Source: a virus. From it: a stretch of 64,000 nucleotides of DNA. The stretch spans positions 1 to 64,000 of IMG/VR virus record IMGVR_UViG_3300008448_000033; one strand, 5' to 3'. The notes beneath the pieces are model-generated. The model saw only the letters and a list, made by a program, of their open reading frames with translations. It was not told the DNA's origin and made no database searches. A program made the translations under genes and the position numbers. Shown in pieces: positions 24,765-35,175 of the stretch. Positions within the stretch are counted from its first letter, which is position 1. Each line of letters opens with the position of its first letter.

Positions 24765-25484
24765 TTATAATCTTCTTGCGAATAAAGTATTTGCTGCTTT
24801 AACTAATTGTTTGATAAAGTCTTCTTTATTTGTTATTATAGGTTTTCCTTTTGCATCACGTTGGTTTAACTTATCATCTGCTTTTGATATTAAATATTCA
24901 ACTTGTTTAATTAGTTTCGGACTTCTGTAAGCTTTGTTTATGAAATTTTCAGAATCAATTTTATTGATTTCACAGTCATCAATGATTGGTGGCGTTTCTT
25001 CGTAACCATCTAATTTTGTTAATTTATAATTTTTTCCTTTATATTTAACTTGAAATCCTGTTTGCACTTCTGATTCTGGTTCTCTTTCTAAACTACTCCA
25101 AACTCTTTTTGCAGAATCACTAACGCTTCTTCTATCGGGCATCATAGATGCGCCCCCATCAGTATTATAAACATAAGCCATTGCAAGCTTATACATCATT
25201 TTACCAATTCCTTTACCTTCATATTTTTGCTGAATTGAGCTTCCATTAACGTTATATGCGTCTAAACATGGTCCCATATTAGCAGAAGATCCTTTTTGTA
25301 ATTCTAAAGAACCAATTAGAAAAGGTTTAGAAGATTCAAGAAATTCTTTAGCAGAGTAACTATCTGTTTTCGGAAATTGTGATAAGTCAACTAATATAAA
25401 TTTTATGTCGTTACCTTTATCGATTATGATACCATAGTCGAGATTATTATTTTCTACTTGTTCTTTTATAATAACCCTAATCAT
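24765..25484 (-). CDS. GNAT-like acetyltransferase-fold protein
   Basis: YEGKGIGKMMYKLA acetyl-CoA loop; SDSAKRVW. Confidence 0.55.
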   Translation of the reverse strand: MIRVIIKEQVENNNLDYGIIIDKGNDIKFILVDLSQFPKTDSYSAKEFLESSKPFLIGSLELQKGSSANMGPCLDAYNVNGSSIQQKYEGKGIGKMMYKLAMAYVYNTDGGASMMPDRRSVSDSAKRVWSSLEREPESEVQTGFQVKYKGKNYKLTKLDGYEETPPIIDDCEINKIDSENFINKAYRSPKLIKQVEYLISKADDKLNQRDAKGKPIITNKEDFIKQLVKAANTLFARRL

Positions 25485-25895
25485 TTACCACTTCCTACAA
25501 CTCCAATATCTAGCTTTAGTTCTTGGACCGGGATTGTCACAGTTATGCCTTGCGCGAAATGATTTACGACGTTTTGGATTGCTCTTTTTAATTTTCATAT
25601 TTGGATCACCGAAATTAACTTTTTTAATATTTCCGGTGACAGGATCACGAACATACACTTTGAATTTTTTAACATCACCACGCATTGGCTTGCCCAAAGG
25701 TACTGATCTTCCTTGGTATTTTGCTTCTTCTAGTTTATCTGGGCATCCACAAGTTAGGTCTTCGTATAAACAAGCTTCACAAACTAGTGTACCGTCTTCC
25801 AAAACAGCAGAGTCGTCACCGATCTCTTCAACAATGAGGTGTTCTTGAATGCTCTCTTGGACGATTTTTTTAATTTCTGTATCTGTGAATTTCAT
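25485..25895 (-). CDS. conserved phage basic protein
   Basis: KVNFGDPNM...RRKSFRARHNC...ARYWSCRKW. Confidence 0.65.
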   Translation of the reverse strand: MKFTDTEIKKIVQESIQEHLIVEEIGDDSAVLEDGTLVCEACLYEDLTCGCPDKLEEAKYQGRSVPLGKPMRGDVKKFKVYVRDPVTGNIKKVNFGDPNMKIKKSNPKRRKSFRARHNCDNPGPRTKARYWSCRKW

Positions 25896-25898
25896 TTT

Positions 25899-26759
25899 CT
25901 ATTCCTCTTTTTTCTTTTTTGACTTCCAAGAAACTCTCATGGAGCTTTTCTTTCTTCTCATGCCTGCTCTGGTGCATGCTGATGGTGTTGGTCGGCAAGC
26001 AGGATATTTGCTTCGTTGTTCGCCGCTTTGTCTACCGCATGTTTTACAAGTTTTACGACCAGTTTTAGGATTGGTTCGGCAAGTATTGCAATCGACCCAA
26101 CCTCTACCCTTTTTACCACCAGCACGGGCAAACCAACCATGTAACCCTTGTGATTTTTCTCTGTCAAAAGTTCCTTCTTGTAGAATAATTTCTAAATCTT
26201 CTAAAGAAATGGATTCATTGTTTTTTTCTTTGCCATCGCAATAGGCACGCTCACTAAACCCATTTGGATGATCACAATCAATACTTTCCTTACGCTTGTC
26301 AGACCACCCTTCACCTTCTTCTATATCTTGCCCTTCTTTCATCTTGACTCTTGATTTTTTTCTACCGACTTTACCCCTTCGGCATCGAACGATGAAACCG
26401 GAAGCGTATGCGCTTGGAAATACATCATATTTTTGTTTAGCTAGATGGTAACAGCGATCTTTCTTTTCGTATATTAATTCTTCAAAAAGTAAATCCTCAT
26501 CTAATTCTAATTCTTCTTCTGCGTTAGACTGGGCTGGATAAGCTCTGTTAGGGGTTTTATCATAAATATCATCACCAGATACGATATTACCTAGAGGATT
26601 ATTCATCTTATAAGTTGGCATCTGTGTACCGATTTCGCCTTGTTTTCTTCTATCCTCGCCATCTGGTTTATAGAATGAAGAAATATCGTCACCATCTTTA
26701 GCTTCTTCTATGTTTTTAAATTTTATTTTCATTAAGATTTTACCAAAATTATATAACAT
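25899..26759 (-). CDS. conserved phage multi-module basic/Cys-rich protein
   Basis: FPSAYASG, SIDCDHPNGFSERAYC, GWVDC, KYPACRP modules. Confidence 0.6.
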   Translation of the reverse strand: MLYNFGKILMKIKFKNIEEAKDGDDISSFYKPDGEDRRKQGEIGTQMPTYKMNNPLGNIVSGDDIYDKTPNRAYPAQSNAEEELELDEDLLFEELIYEKKDRCYHLAKQKYDVFPSAYASGFIVRCRRGKVGRKKSRVKMKEGQDIEEGEGWSDKRKESIDCDHPNGFSERAYCDGKEKNNESISLEDLEIILQEGTFDREKSQGLHGWFARAGGKKGRGWVDCNTCRTNPKTGRKTCKTCGRQSGEQRSKYPACRPTPSACTRAGMRRKKSSMRVSWKSKKKKEE

Positions 26760-26786
26760 AATTAGGTGAAACTTTAATATAAAGAC

Positions 26787-26814
26787 AAAAAAAGGGAGCG
26801 GTTTCCCGCTCCCT
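26787..26814 (-). terminator. rho-independent terminator after Hsp20
   Basis: AGGGAGCGG/CCGCTCCCT hairpin plus U-run. Confidence 0.75.
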
Positions 26815-26836
26815 CTTAAAAAGACATTATGTTATT

Positions 26837-27208
26837 TTATTGTATGGTGATGTTTTGAACAGTATCTTTCTTTTGCTTATATGGAATATTAATATTTAAT
26901 AGACCATTATTGTATTTAGAAGTTATGTTTAGCGTGTCTAAATCATTATCTAATTCAAAAGATCTTGATAGATTGCTAACAGGTTGTCCGTCAAAGCGCC
27001 TAGTGGCTTTAATATTCAAGATGTTATTCTTGACCGTAACTTCAATGTCTTCCTTGGCAACGCCGGGAGTACAGACAAAATACTGAATGCCGTCTTTCGT
27101 CTTATACATTTCATCTTCCATGAAGCGTTGTCTAAAGGTTTTCCCATGCGTTACATCAACATGTGGGAACATAGCTTCAAAAAAATCTTTGTTAATTAAT
27201 AGTGACAT
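26837..27208 (-). CDS. small heat shock protein (Hsp20)
   Basis: PGVAKEDIEVTVKNNILNI...RSFEL...YNNGLLNINIP; ATG 27208 has an AGGAG SD. Confidence 0.88.
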   Translation of the reverse strand: MSLLINKDFFEAMFPHVDVTHGKTFRQRFMEDEMYKTKDGIQYFVCTPGVAKEDIEVTVKNNILNIKATRRFDGQPVSNLSRSFELDNDLDTLNITSKYNNGLLNINIPYKQKKDTVQNITIQ

Positions 27209-27251
27209 ACATTTTCTCCTTTTTGGTAATGCGGTTTTCCCGCTATGATCC

Positions 27252-27280
27252 ATAATATAAGCACTATAAAAAATTGTCAA
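27252..27280 (-). promoter_or_regulatory. sigma70-type promoter
   Basis: TTGACA-17nt-TATTAT. Confidence 0.6.
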
Positions 27281-27282
27281 GT

Positions 27283-27660
27283 CTAGTGAAGAGTAAAATC
27301 TAAATTATGTTTAGAAAATAATATATTCTTTTGTTCCTGTACCGTCATAACATAACCTTGGATCTTCATCAAATCTTCTTCAGTCAGTAAAACATCCTTG
27401 ATGTTATGTTTTACGATGAATTCAGTTTCTTCTTTTGTTGGGTGGTTTATTTTATTTTCTAAGATGTCTCTAAACGCACGAACAACTACAAAAGTTTCCA
27501 TTAGATCGGGTATCTCTGTTTCTTCCCATTTTTCTACTGATTTATCGCCAATTGTCTCTTTTAGAAGCTGCGATATGACATAATAATCCGATGCGTTATT
27601 ACTCATAATCTCCATAAATTTTTCAAATACCATTGTATAATATTGTACTTTTTTTTGCAT
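27283..27660 (-). CDS. hypothetical protein
   Basis: ORF in operon. Confidence 0.5.
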   Translation of the reverse strand: MQKKVQYYTMVFEKFMEIMSNNASDYYVISQLLKETIGDKSVEKWEETEIPDLMETFVVVRAFRDILENKINHPTKEETEFIVKHNIKDVLLTEEDLMKIQGYVMTVQEQKNILFSKHNLDFTLH

Positions 27661-27661
27661 T

Positions 27662-27973
27662 TTAGCCTTTCAAGACCTTTTTATTTTCTTTTTCATTAAA
27701 AGTCTTATACAATGTATTTAGATCACCGGAAATGAAAATATCACTGCCAAAGTTGCCTTTATTGACAGTGGCTCTTAAAAATATTGCATTTTTATTTAGT
27801 TCTGGGAATGCGCCGGATTCTATTACTTTTTCTTTGAATTCCAGATCTTCTGTAACGCACACTACATAATCAAAGTTTAGTAATGCTTCACGCATTTTAT
27901 AATGTTTATTTCTTTCTAAGGCTGAATTGCTTTTCACATTTTCTTCATAAACTTCTATAACTTTGGTTAGCAT
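27662..27973 (-). CDS. hypothetical protein
   Basis: ORF in operon. Confidence 0.5.
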   Translation of the reverse strand: MLTKVIEVYEENVKSNSALERNKHYKMREALLNFDYVVCVTEDLEFKEKVIESGAFPELNKNAIFLRATVNKGNFGSDIFISGDLNTLYKTFNEKENKKVLKG

Positions 27974-28209
27974 TTAAAGAAATCCTCTTCTTTCATAATT
28001 ATTTTAGTGCCATTAGCACTAACAACAAAAAAATTATCTCCTTGGGGCCATTTCTCAATTATTATACCATAAAAAGGTATTTGATTTGTGGTAACATTTT
28101 TTATAGAATCTTGTAAAAAATCATAAATCATAGCGCCTTGAGGTACAAAAACCATATCAGATATTTTGTACCGACTGTCTTCACTAACCATTTTCTCCAG
28201 AGCCTCCAT
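27967..28209 (-). CDS. SH3/KOW-like family protein
   Basis: YKISDMV...FYGIIIEK. Confidence 0.45.
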   Translation of the reverse strand: MEALEKMVSEDSRYKISDMVFVPQGAMIYDFLQDSIKNVTTNQIPFYGIIIEKWPQGDNFFVVSANGTKIIMKEEDFFKC

Positions 28210-28471
28210 TGCTATCTTTCATTCTCTCTAGCTCGCTCTTAGTATAGCTCAAGAGAATTTGGTATGCATCCTCTATGTTTAGATCAACAGTAATTAATCT
28301 TTTTCTTAAGCCATCAAGTACTTTTAGCTTTTCTTGAGGATCTTCTATTCTTTTTGCTGCTTCAAGACTTTTCATTATACCAGATAGCGCATTGATTGGC
28401 CTTTCAAGTATTACGTTAACTTCACTAGGTATATTTTCATAATCCACAGTTATATAAATTTTGGCAGACAT
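28184..28471 (-). CDS. hypothetical protein
   Basis: AGGAG SD. Confidence 0.5.
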   Translation of the reverse strand: MSAKIYITVDYENIPSEVNVILERPINALSGIMKSLEAAKRIEDPQEKLKVLDGLRKRLITVDLNIEDAYQILLSYTKSELERMKDSNGGSGENG

Positions 28472-28541
28472 ATTATCTCCTAAACAAAAAAGACGGTATA
28501 ACCCGTCTTCATTGTAGCATCTTTGAATATTTTGTAAAGTC

Positions 28542-28895
28542 TTACTTAACTAATCTAAACAATGCATTAATTAACGCAATCGCTGTGCCTGATCCTACCA
28601 ACCATAATACTTTTGATTGTGATTCTTGATTAGATTTTAAAACTGCTAAGTCTTGTGCTAATTGGTCTGGAACTCTTTGCTCTAAAACTGTAATTCTTTT
28701 TTCTTGACCGCTAACGGAAACACTAATAGTTTCGGTAACTTTCTCTAGCTTTTCAATACTTGTTTCTAGCCTTTCAACACTAGAATAAAGTTGTTCTACT
28801 TTTAAGGCCATACCATTATTGCTTACTTTTAATTCAGTTATGGCGTTGGTTAATTCTTTTAAATTATCGCTTATTGATTGTAATTGGTCATTCAT
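28542..28895 (-). CDS. coiled-coil protein with C-terminal TM helix
   Basis: Heptad pattern then hydrophobic tail. Confidence 0.55.
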   Translation of the reverse strand: MNDQLQSISDNLKELTNAITELKVSNNGMALKVEQLYSSVERLETSIEKLEKVTETISVSVSGQEKRITVLEQRVPDQLAQDLAVLKSNQESQSKVLWLVGSGTAIALINALFRLVK

Positions 28896-28926
28896 ATACT
28901 ATTCCTCTGCAATACAATAAATAGTG

Positions 28927-30555
28927 TTACATTTCGATAATAGCGTGTCCGGTTGTTAATAAAGTTGATGCTGCCGATACAGCATTTTGCAATGCACAAC
29001 GAGTGACTTTAGCTGGATCTATGATGCCAGCTTCTTTCATCCCAACATATTCAGATAGAGCAAAATTATAGCCAGTCCATTCGCCCTTGCATTTGCTTTC
29101 GTCTAGCAGGGTGGAAACAATAACATCTGGTTTTTCAGAGCAATTGACGGCAAGGTTACGAATAGGTTCATGGCAAGCTTCAAAAATTACTTTACGTCCA
29201 AAGTCTTCTTCCTGATCACCAGTCTCCAATACGATATTTTGTGCAGCTCTTAATAGGGCAACACCACCACCGGGAAGAATACCTTCTTCCTGTGCGCTTT
29301 TAACCGCAGCTAAGGCATCTTCAACGCGATGTTTTCTTTCGGTCATATCAACTTCGGTGACACCACCAACTCTGATAATAGCAGCACCAGAGGCAAGCTT
29401 ACTAATTCTTTCTTGTATTCTTTGGCATTCTGCTAGATCGCTTGTTTGAATGATTTCTTCTTTGAGTGATTGGATACGCTTTTCAACTTCGTTATAATCT
29501 CCAGAACCTCCTACAAATGTAGACCAATTCTTGAAAGCTTCAACATGCTTAACTGTGCCAAGGTCTGCTCTTGTAACCTCTTTTAGAGTCTTGCCGGATT
29601 CTTTACTAACGAATGTAGCACCAATAGACAAAGAGAGATCCTTCATGATATTCTTTCTATCTTGACCGTAGCTTGGAGCTTTTATGACACCAACTCTCAT
29701 AGTACCACGAACAGCATTAAGAATCAAAGCAGCAAGTGCTTGTCCTTCTACTGACTCTGCCATTATAACAAATGGCTTACCTTCTCTGGCAACTACTTCA
29801 AGAATAGGCAACAGATCATCTAGAGAATCAATAGTCCAATCTGTAACCATAACCAATGCATTTTCATAATGCATTGTGTTCTTTCTTTCTTCCGTGATAA
29901 ATTGTGCGGATGAAAATCCTGCATTAACTTGGAAACCCTCTACAACATCAAGAGTGGTATCTAGCGATTTACCTTCTTCAATAGATACTGCACCGTCACG
30001 ACCAGCTTTATCAATAGCCATAGAAACAAGTTTACCTATTTGTTTTTCACCATTTGCAGATATTGTAGCAATATGTTCAACATCTTCAAGGCTTTTAACT
30101 GGTGTGGCAATCTTTTTAAGATTCTCTACTACTTCTTCTACTGCTTGATCCATACCACGCTTTAAGGCCACAGGGGAAGCACCAGCAGCTAAATATCGCT
30201 GTGCATGGTTCACGATGGCTCTTGACAATACAGTTGCAGTTGTTGTGCCGTCACCAGCTTCATTAGCTGTTGTAGCAGAAACCTGCTTAATGATTTGTGC
30301 CCCTACATTTTCAAATGGATCATCAAGAAAAACATGTGAAGCAACAGTAACACCATCTTTTGTGATAAATGGATTTTTACCTTTTGGATGAATCACAACG
30401 TTTTTACCTTTTGGACCTAGAGTACAACTAACCGCATCTGCTAGTTTATTAACGCCGCTAACTATTTTTGAATTTAAACTCGTACCATTATCGAAAACTC
30501 TTTTACTCAATTTTATAACCAACCTTTCTTTATCTTGTTTTGATTTTGAGATCAC
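28927..30555 (-). CDS. groEL: chaperonin GroEL
   Basis: TLGPKGKNV, ITKDGVTVA, AGDGTTTATVL, GGGVAL, GIIDPAKVTR; true start probably ~30510. Confidence 0.95.
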   Translation of the reverse strand: MISKSKQDKERLVIKLSKRVFDNGTSLNSKIVSGVNKLADAVSCTLGPKGKNVVIHPKGKNPFITKDGVTVASHVFLDDPFENVGAQIIKQVSATTANEAGDGTTTATVLSRAIVNHAQRYLAAGASPVALKRGMDQAVEEVVENLKKIATPVKSLEDVEHIATISANGEKQIGKLVSMAIDKAGRDGAVSIEEGKSLDTTLDVVEGFQVNAGFSSAQFITEERKNTMHYENALVMVTDWTIDSLDDLLPILEVVAREGKPFVIMAESVEGQALAALILNAVRGTMRVGVIKAPSYGQDRKNIMKDLSLSIGATFVSKESGKTLKEVTRADLGTVKHVEAFKNWSTFVGGSGDYNEVEKRIQSLKEEIIQTSDLAECQRIQERISKLASGAAIIRVGGVTEVDMTERKHRVEDALAAVKSAQEEGILPGGGVALLRAAQNIVLETGDQEEDFGRKVIFEACHEPIRNLAVNCSEKPDVIVSTLLDESKCKGEWTGYNFALSEYVGMKEAGIIDPAKVTRCALQNAVSAASTLLTTGHAIIEM

Positions 30556-33367
30556 CGGCTTTAGATGATAACATATCAGATTTAAACTTTACAGAATTAA
30601 TTGTAAGTTTTTCCATTCCCGGTATTTGTATAATAATATCTGATCTATCTTGCACAACAATTTCTTGTGGATTGAAGTTACTGCTACCGTCATTTTCTAG
30701 GCTCACTTCGGAAACAGTAAGACCAGATGGACCATCTTTGACTTTTAAGAAGATATCATAGTTTTTATTTTCTTCGTCTTTACCAACGTCAGCTTCTCTT
30801 ACAAATGCCATAAGATCTTGCGGTTTCATTCGTCTAAGATTCTTGGTCAATACATTTCTTATTATACCATATACTTGTTCCATAGTTTCTTTATAAACGT
30901 CTGGATTCTTTTCTTTTGCAGAAACCATCCAAGCAGGAGCATCTAAAGTTTCATAATCTGGATCATACGTCTTATCTTTAAAATTACCTGTATTTGTTTT
31001 TAACTTCTCTAGAAATGTCTTTCTACCAACAACCCACCAAGGATCTCCTTTTGGATTTCTAACTAGGCTATCATCTTCTGTGCCAAATCCAAGAACCTTG
31101 TTCATTTTGTATTCATTATCTTTCTCGCCAGTTGCATATTTAGCTGAAAGTCCAGCAGTTTTACCATCCACGGTTTTCAAAATAAAATCAGCTTTGTTAT
31201 TTGTGCTACCAACTGATTCTGCACTAGCTATTTTACCAATCTTGTTTATAATAATTGGTTTTGCCTCAAGGGCAGATTGGAATAGATGTTTGTATTTATC
31301 GCTTTTTAATTTTTCTAGAACGTCTTCTCTGCTAGCATCTGGTCCTAAATCAATTCTATTCTTTAGTTGATCGGTTTCTTTTCCGGTCAATACAAAGCCA
31401 ATTATATGCTCATAAGCTAGACCTTCACGTTCTGCTATATCGACTCTATAAAAGACTTTAGCGATTACTTCACCATCTTTCATTACGTTTGTTGTATCTC
31501 TTTTATCATCAAACTTTAAAATACGCTCATCGTGCAATTTATAACCGGCAGATTTTAAAGCTGATTTAATCTTAGATATACCTTTCTCAAGAGATTCATC
31601 ATCCTCAAAGCGAACAGCTAAACTGTTTGGTGTTTTATTAGATGGTAAAACAGAAACAAATCCTTCTGGATTAGCAGAAGATATTTTTGATGTAATTTTG
31701 CTTAATTCTTTTTCGTTGAGAGCTTCAAGGACTAAAGAAGAAATAATATTTTCAGATAAATTGTCTGATGGTTCTGTAAACTTTTCAATATATTTTGAAT
31801 TTTTTAATAAATTTTCAGAGATATCTAATAAATTTAAAAAGCATTTTTCTAAATTTTTAAACTCTTTATTTGATGCTAAATAAAAAAATAATTCATTCAG
31901 TTTGCCAATGGCGAATAAACCACTATAAGCTCCAATTCTTATCTGTTGTTTTTCGCCCTTAACAGATTCAGACTTAATAAAAATTATTTTAGGATCTGAT
32001 TTTATATCGTTAATTGTTTTATTTACAATTTTTTCAAAATTGCTTACTGAGCTTTTATAATCACCAATAAATTTTTTTAAAGAATTAGGTATTTCTTCCT
32101 CGTTTAAAGATTTGATGTCATTCATAAAGTCTTGATAAAACTTTTTTGATTCTTCAGAATTTTTGCTAATTAAGGTTTTTATGGTTTCTAATTGTGTTTG
32201 TTCTATATTAGAAAAATCTATATTTTCAAATTGAAAATTTTTAATATTTTCTGCTATAGAAAATATTCTAGCATCCGTAGATTTTTTATTTGTTATTTTA
32301 CCGATATGGTTTATAAATTTATCTAATAATTGAGGATAAAGAACTTTTTTTGGCTCTAAAATATCTACTAGTAAAAATACTTTTTCATCGTATCTTGTAA
32401 TAAGATTTTTTAATTTATAAAAGTAAGATTTAATTTTTTCTTCATTGTTGTATATGTTATTAGTTTGGTTACAAAAATCTTCAATTAATATTGAAGACCA
32501 TATTTCCCTGTCAGAAAAAGTTTTTTCATTAAAATATTCCTCTACTTTAGTAGAATCAATATCAAATATAGAATATAATTTTTTGTATCCACCGCCAGCA
32601 GATTGATATAATTCTTTTTCTGTTTGATTTTTTAAAAACTCTTGGCTTGGACGAACGCTACCACCTCTATAAAAGTATTCACTTCCTCTTTTAACAGAAA
32701 TTCCTTTTTCAATTCCATTAGATACTATATAAAGATCAGCAGATGTTTTATAAAAATATCTATCTCCTTTTTTTTCTTTTTGGTTAAGACCAACAAGATT
32801 TAAAAAATCTATATTTTTAATATCAATTTGATTTTTCAAAGACCAATCATCTATGTTGGCTTGAACAAATTTGTATGTCTCACCATGAAGTTTAGTTCTT
32901 TCAGACTCATCTGGTAAAAAATATTCTAAGGTGTCATTTATACATTTTTCGCTAGTATTGGAGCCATTAAATTTAATATTTGGTATCTTCAAATAATTTT
33001 TTTGACGTAAAAATTTTATAATAGATAAAGCAAGACTGTACTCAGCGGCAGATCCAATATCTGTTGGTACTATAACATCATCACAAATTTTTACTGCTTT
33101 CTTTTTTTTATCTGATTTAGGCTCTTCTTTAGGAACCTCTTGCGAGGATTCTGGTGGCATTACCTGTGTAGATGCTACTGCTGGCTTGGTCCCTATTTGA
33201 TCGGTAAAAGTAGTTTTTCTTCTAATTATTGGTGGAACCGCTGTGATAGCTGGTTTCTCTGGTTTCTTTTTTGTTTCTACTAATTCTAAAACAGATTCAT
33301 AGATCAATTTATACTGATCGCTTTGTTTAAATAATTGTTCGTCTATAAATTGATCTAAATCTTTCAT
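30530..33367 (-). CDS. large protein with two PD-(D/E)xK nuclease-like motifs
   Basis: SADLYIV...GISVK and KADFIL...GLSAK. Confidence 0.45.
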   Translation of the reverse strand: MKDLDQFIDEQLFKQSDQYKLIYESVLELVETKKKPEKPAITAVPPIIRRKTTFTDQIGTKPAVASTQVMPPESSQEVPKEEPKSDKKKKAVKICDDVIVPTDIGSAAEYSLALSIIKFLRQKNYLKIPNIKFNGSNTSEKCINDTLEYFLPDESERTKLHGETYKFVQANIDDWSLKNQIDIKNIDFLNLVGLNQKEKKGDRYFYKTSADLYIVSNGIEKGISVKRGSEYFYRGGSVRPSQEFLKNQTEKELYQSAGGGYKKLYSIFDIDSTKVEEYFNEKTFSDREIWSSILIEDFCNQTNNIYNNEEKIKSYFYKLKNLITRYDEKVFLLVDILEPKKVLYPQLLDKFINHIGKITNKKSTDARIFSIAENIKNFQFENIDFSNIEQTQLETIKTLISKNSEESKKFYQDFMNDIKSLNEEEIPNSLKKFIGDYKSSVSNFEKIVNKTINDIKSDPKIIFIKSESVKGEKQQIRIGAYSGLFAIGKLNELFFYLASNKEFKNLEKCFLNLLDISENLLKNSKYIEKFTEPSDNLSENIISSLVLEALNEKELSKITSKISSANPEGFVSVLPSNKTPNSLAVRFEDDESLEKGISKIKSALKSAGYKLHDERILKFDDKRDTTNVMKDGEVIAKVFYRVDIAEREGLAYEHIIGFVLTGKETDQLKNRIDLGPDASREDVLEKLKSDKYKHLFQSALEAKPIIINKIGKIASAESVGSTNNKADFILKTVDGKTAGLSAKYATGEKDNEYKMNKVLGFGTEDDSLVRNPKGDPWWVVGRKTFLEKLKTNTGNFKDKTYDPDYETLDAPAWMVSAKEKNPDVYKETMEQVYGIIRNVLTKNLRRMKPQDLMAFVREADVGKDEENKNYDIFLKVKDGPSGLTVSEVSLENDGSSNFNPQEIVVQDRSDIIIQIPGMEKLTINSVKFKSDMLSSKAGDLKIKTR

Positions 33368-33368
33368 T

Positions 33369-34022
33369 CTAGATTACCTCGTCTGCAATACCTAGCTTAA
33401 CTGCTTCTTCGGCAGATAAATAGATGTTGACATGTTTTTCAAACATTTTTTTAATTGTTTGTTCTGACATTTTTGTTTCTTTACGCAAAGCAGAAATATA
33501 GGCTTGTTGTGTAAAGTTAACCTCTTCCATTTCATTTTGTAGATTATGGATCGGTCCTTCATTACCGGCAGCAACTGAATGGATCATAATGCGGCAATGC
33601 TTACCAACCTTACGCTTGCCCTTTGTGCCAGAGGCTAGCAAAAGCACGCCAGCACTCATAACCTTACCTAAGCCAATTGTGTGGATCTCGCAAACGTTCT
33701 TTGTCCAGCGCATTGTATCATAGATAGCAAACATATCATTAGCAGATCCGCCATTTGTGCAGATATAGAAATTGATTGGATCATTTTTGATTACGGTCTT
33801 TCCTCTAACTTTTTCTTCTTTCGCTCCAATGTCTCTAAGAGTTAATAGTGTTTTTACTAACTCACCAGATGTTTCCTCGCCAACGTCACCAAATAATCCA
33901 ACATTTCTTGAAATTGAATCTTCTGGACCTTCAACAATAAATTGTTGGGGTACTACAACTTCTTCTTCTGCTACATCTTCCTGTACTTGTTCTTTTGTTT
34001 TTTTGCTTGTAAAAGTTTTCAT
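33369..34022 (-). CDS. clpP: ClpP-like protease
   Basis: FYICTNGG, GKVMSAGVLLL, RIMIH, YLSAEEAVKLGIADEV. Confidence 0.9.
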   Translation of the reverse strand: MKTFTSKKTKEQVQEDVAEEEVVVPQQFIVEGPEDSISRNVGLFGDVGEETSGELVKTLLTLRDIGAKEEKVRGKTVIKNDPINFYICTNGGSANDMFAIYDTMRWTKNVCEIHTIGLGKVMSAGVLLLASGTKGKRKVGKHCRIMIHSVAAGNEGPIHNLQNEMEEVNFTQQAYISALRKETKMSEQTIKKMFEKHVNIYLSAEEAVKLGIADEVI

Positions 34023-34381
34023 TTTCCCTTCTTTCCGAGTACAACGATCTTATGCTCTCCAGCACGATATTTGTGTTCAATTACGGTAGTTGGAAACTTA
34101 TTTGCCCATTCGATCCATTCTTCTTTTGACTTAAAATTCTTTTTAAAGATAACAATTCTATAGTTTTCTTTAACATTCCATCCAATTGCATTTTCTGACC
34201 AGTCTTTAAACAGATTATCTACTTCTTTCTTGCTTGTGAACCTCTGTACTTGCACTTTATAAACTACACTATTATCGACTTCTTCTGCTGATTCTCTCCA
34301 AGCTGAAACATGCATACTGTTAGCTCCTTCGTTTTTTAACGGGCTTATAGTGTATGGTACCATCTTGCCAATACAAGTCAA
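34019..34381 (-). CDS. hypothetical protein
   Basis: ORF in operon. Confidence 0.5.
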   Translation of the reverse strand: MTCIGKMVPYTISPLKNEGANSMHVSAWRESAEEVDNSVVYKVQVQRFTSKKEVDNLFKDWSENAIGWNVKENYRIVIFKKNFKSKEEWIEWANKFPTTVIEHKYRAGEHKIVVLGKKGK

Positions 34382-34586
34382 TCTCGTTATTTAAGAATTT
34401 ATGCACATAGTTTATGTATTTCTGCAAAGAATCTAACTTTGTCCGTTGCTGAAAAGCCCAGTTTACAACAGTGATAGCCATAAATAAACGTTCGGCTATG
34501 ATAACATTATCTTCTTTCTTTTTATATTGATCGATAATGTTTTTTATGATCTGTTGTCTATCTGGACCAGCAGCGGATGTGTTCAT
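34320..34586 (-). CDS. hypothetical protein
   Basis: ORF in operon. Confidence 0.5.
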   Translation of the reverse strand: MNTSAAGPDRQQIIKNIIDQYKKKEDNVIIAERLFMAITVVNWAFQQRTKLDSLQKYINYVHKFLNNEIDLYWQDGTIHYKPVKKRRS

Positions 34587-34685
34587 TGTAGTTACCTGAT
34601 AATTTTCTTATTTCTCTTGACATGCTCAAAGAGAGTTTTGTTTAGTTTTTGTTCTTTTACTTCCTTAATCAATTCTTTTAAAAGT

Positions 34686-35159
34686 TTAATCAACATTTTT
34701 ATCTTCCTCCGATTTATTATTAATTAGATTACCAAAGTTTTCTTTCACTTCTTTATAAGTATTATATTTTAATTTGTAATGTAAATGTTTTTTTAAAGTA
34801 CTCATGTATGTATCACCAAACTCATTCATTTTACGGTCATACACTTCTGCAATCTTAGCATACTCTTCTTGCTTCTCTGTATCTTCTTCTGCACATTTTT
34901 GAGATACTAATTCAAGTGCTTTTAAGCCATTATCATGCATCCTGCTAAGTTGCCCAAGTATGAAGTACGACATTTCTTCAAATATTTTAAGCGAATCTCT
35001 TACTGCTTCTTCTCTTGAGCTTCTATTCATATACTCTGAATACAAATAACCCATATAAAATACAAAAATATAAATCACAATCTGCATTTTCAACCTCTTT
35101 TCAGCTAGTATAACATAAAAAAGTGCGCTGGTAATCTTTCTACCAGCGCACTTAAACAT
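34686..35159 (-). CDS. membrane-anchored hypothetical protein
   Basis: Start probably MQIVIYIFVF; N-terminal TM. Confidence 0.5.
   Translation of the reverse strand: MFKCAGRKITSALFYVILAEKRLKMQIVIYIFVFYMGYLYSEYMNRSSREEAVRDSLKIFEEMSYFILGQLSRMHDNGLKALELVSQKCAEEDTEKQEEYAKIAEVYDRKMNEFGDTYMSTLKKHLHYKLKYNTYKEVKENFGNLINNKSEEDKNVD
35117..35153 (-). terminator. rho-independent terminator
   Basis: AAGTGCGCTGGTA/TACCAGCGCACTT hairpin plus U-run. Confidence 0.75.
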
Positions 35160-35175
35160 TTTATTAGAGATTAGT

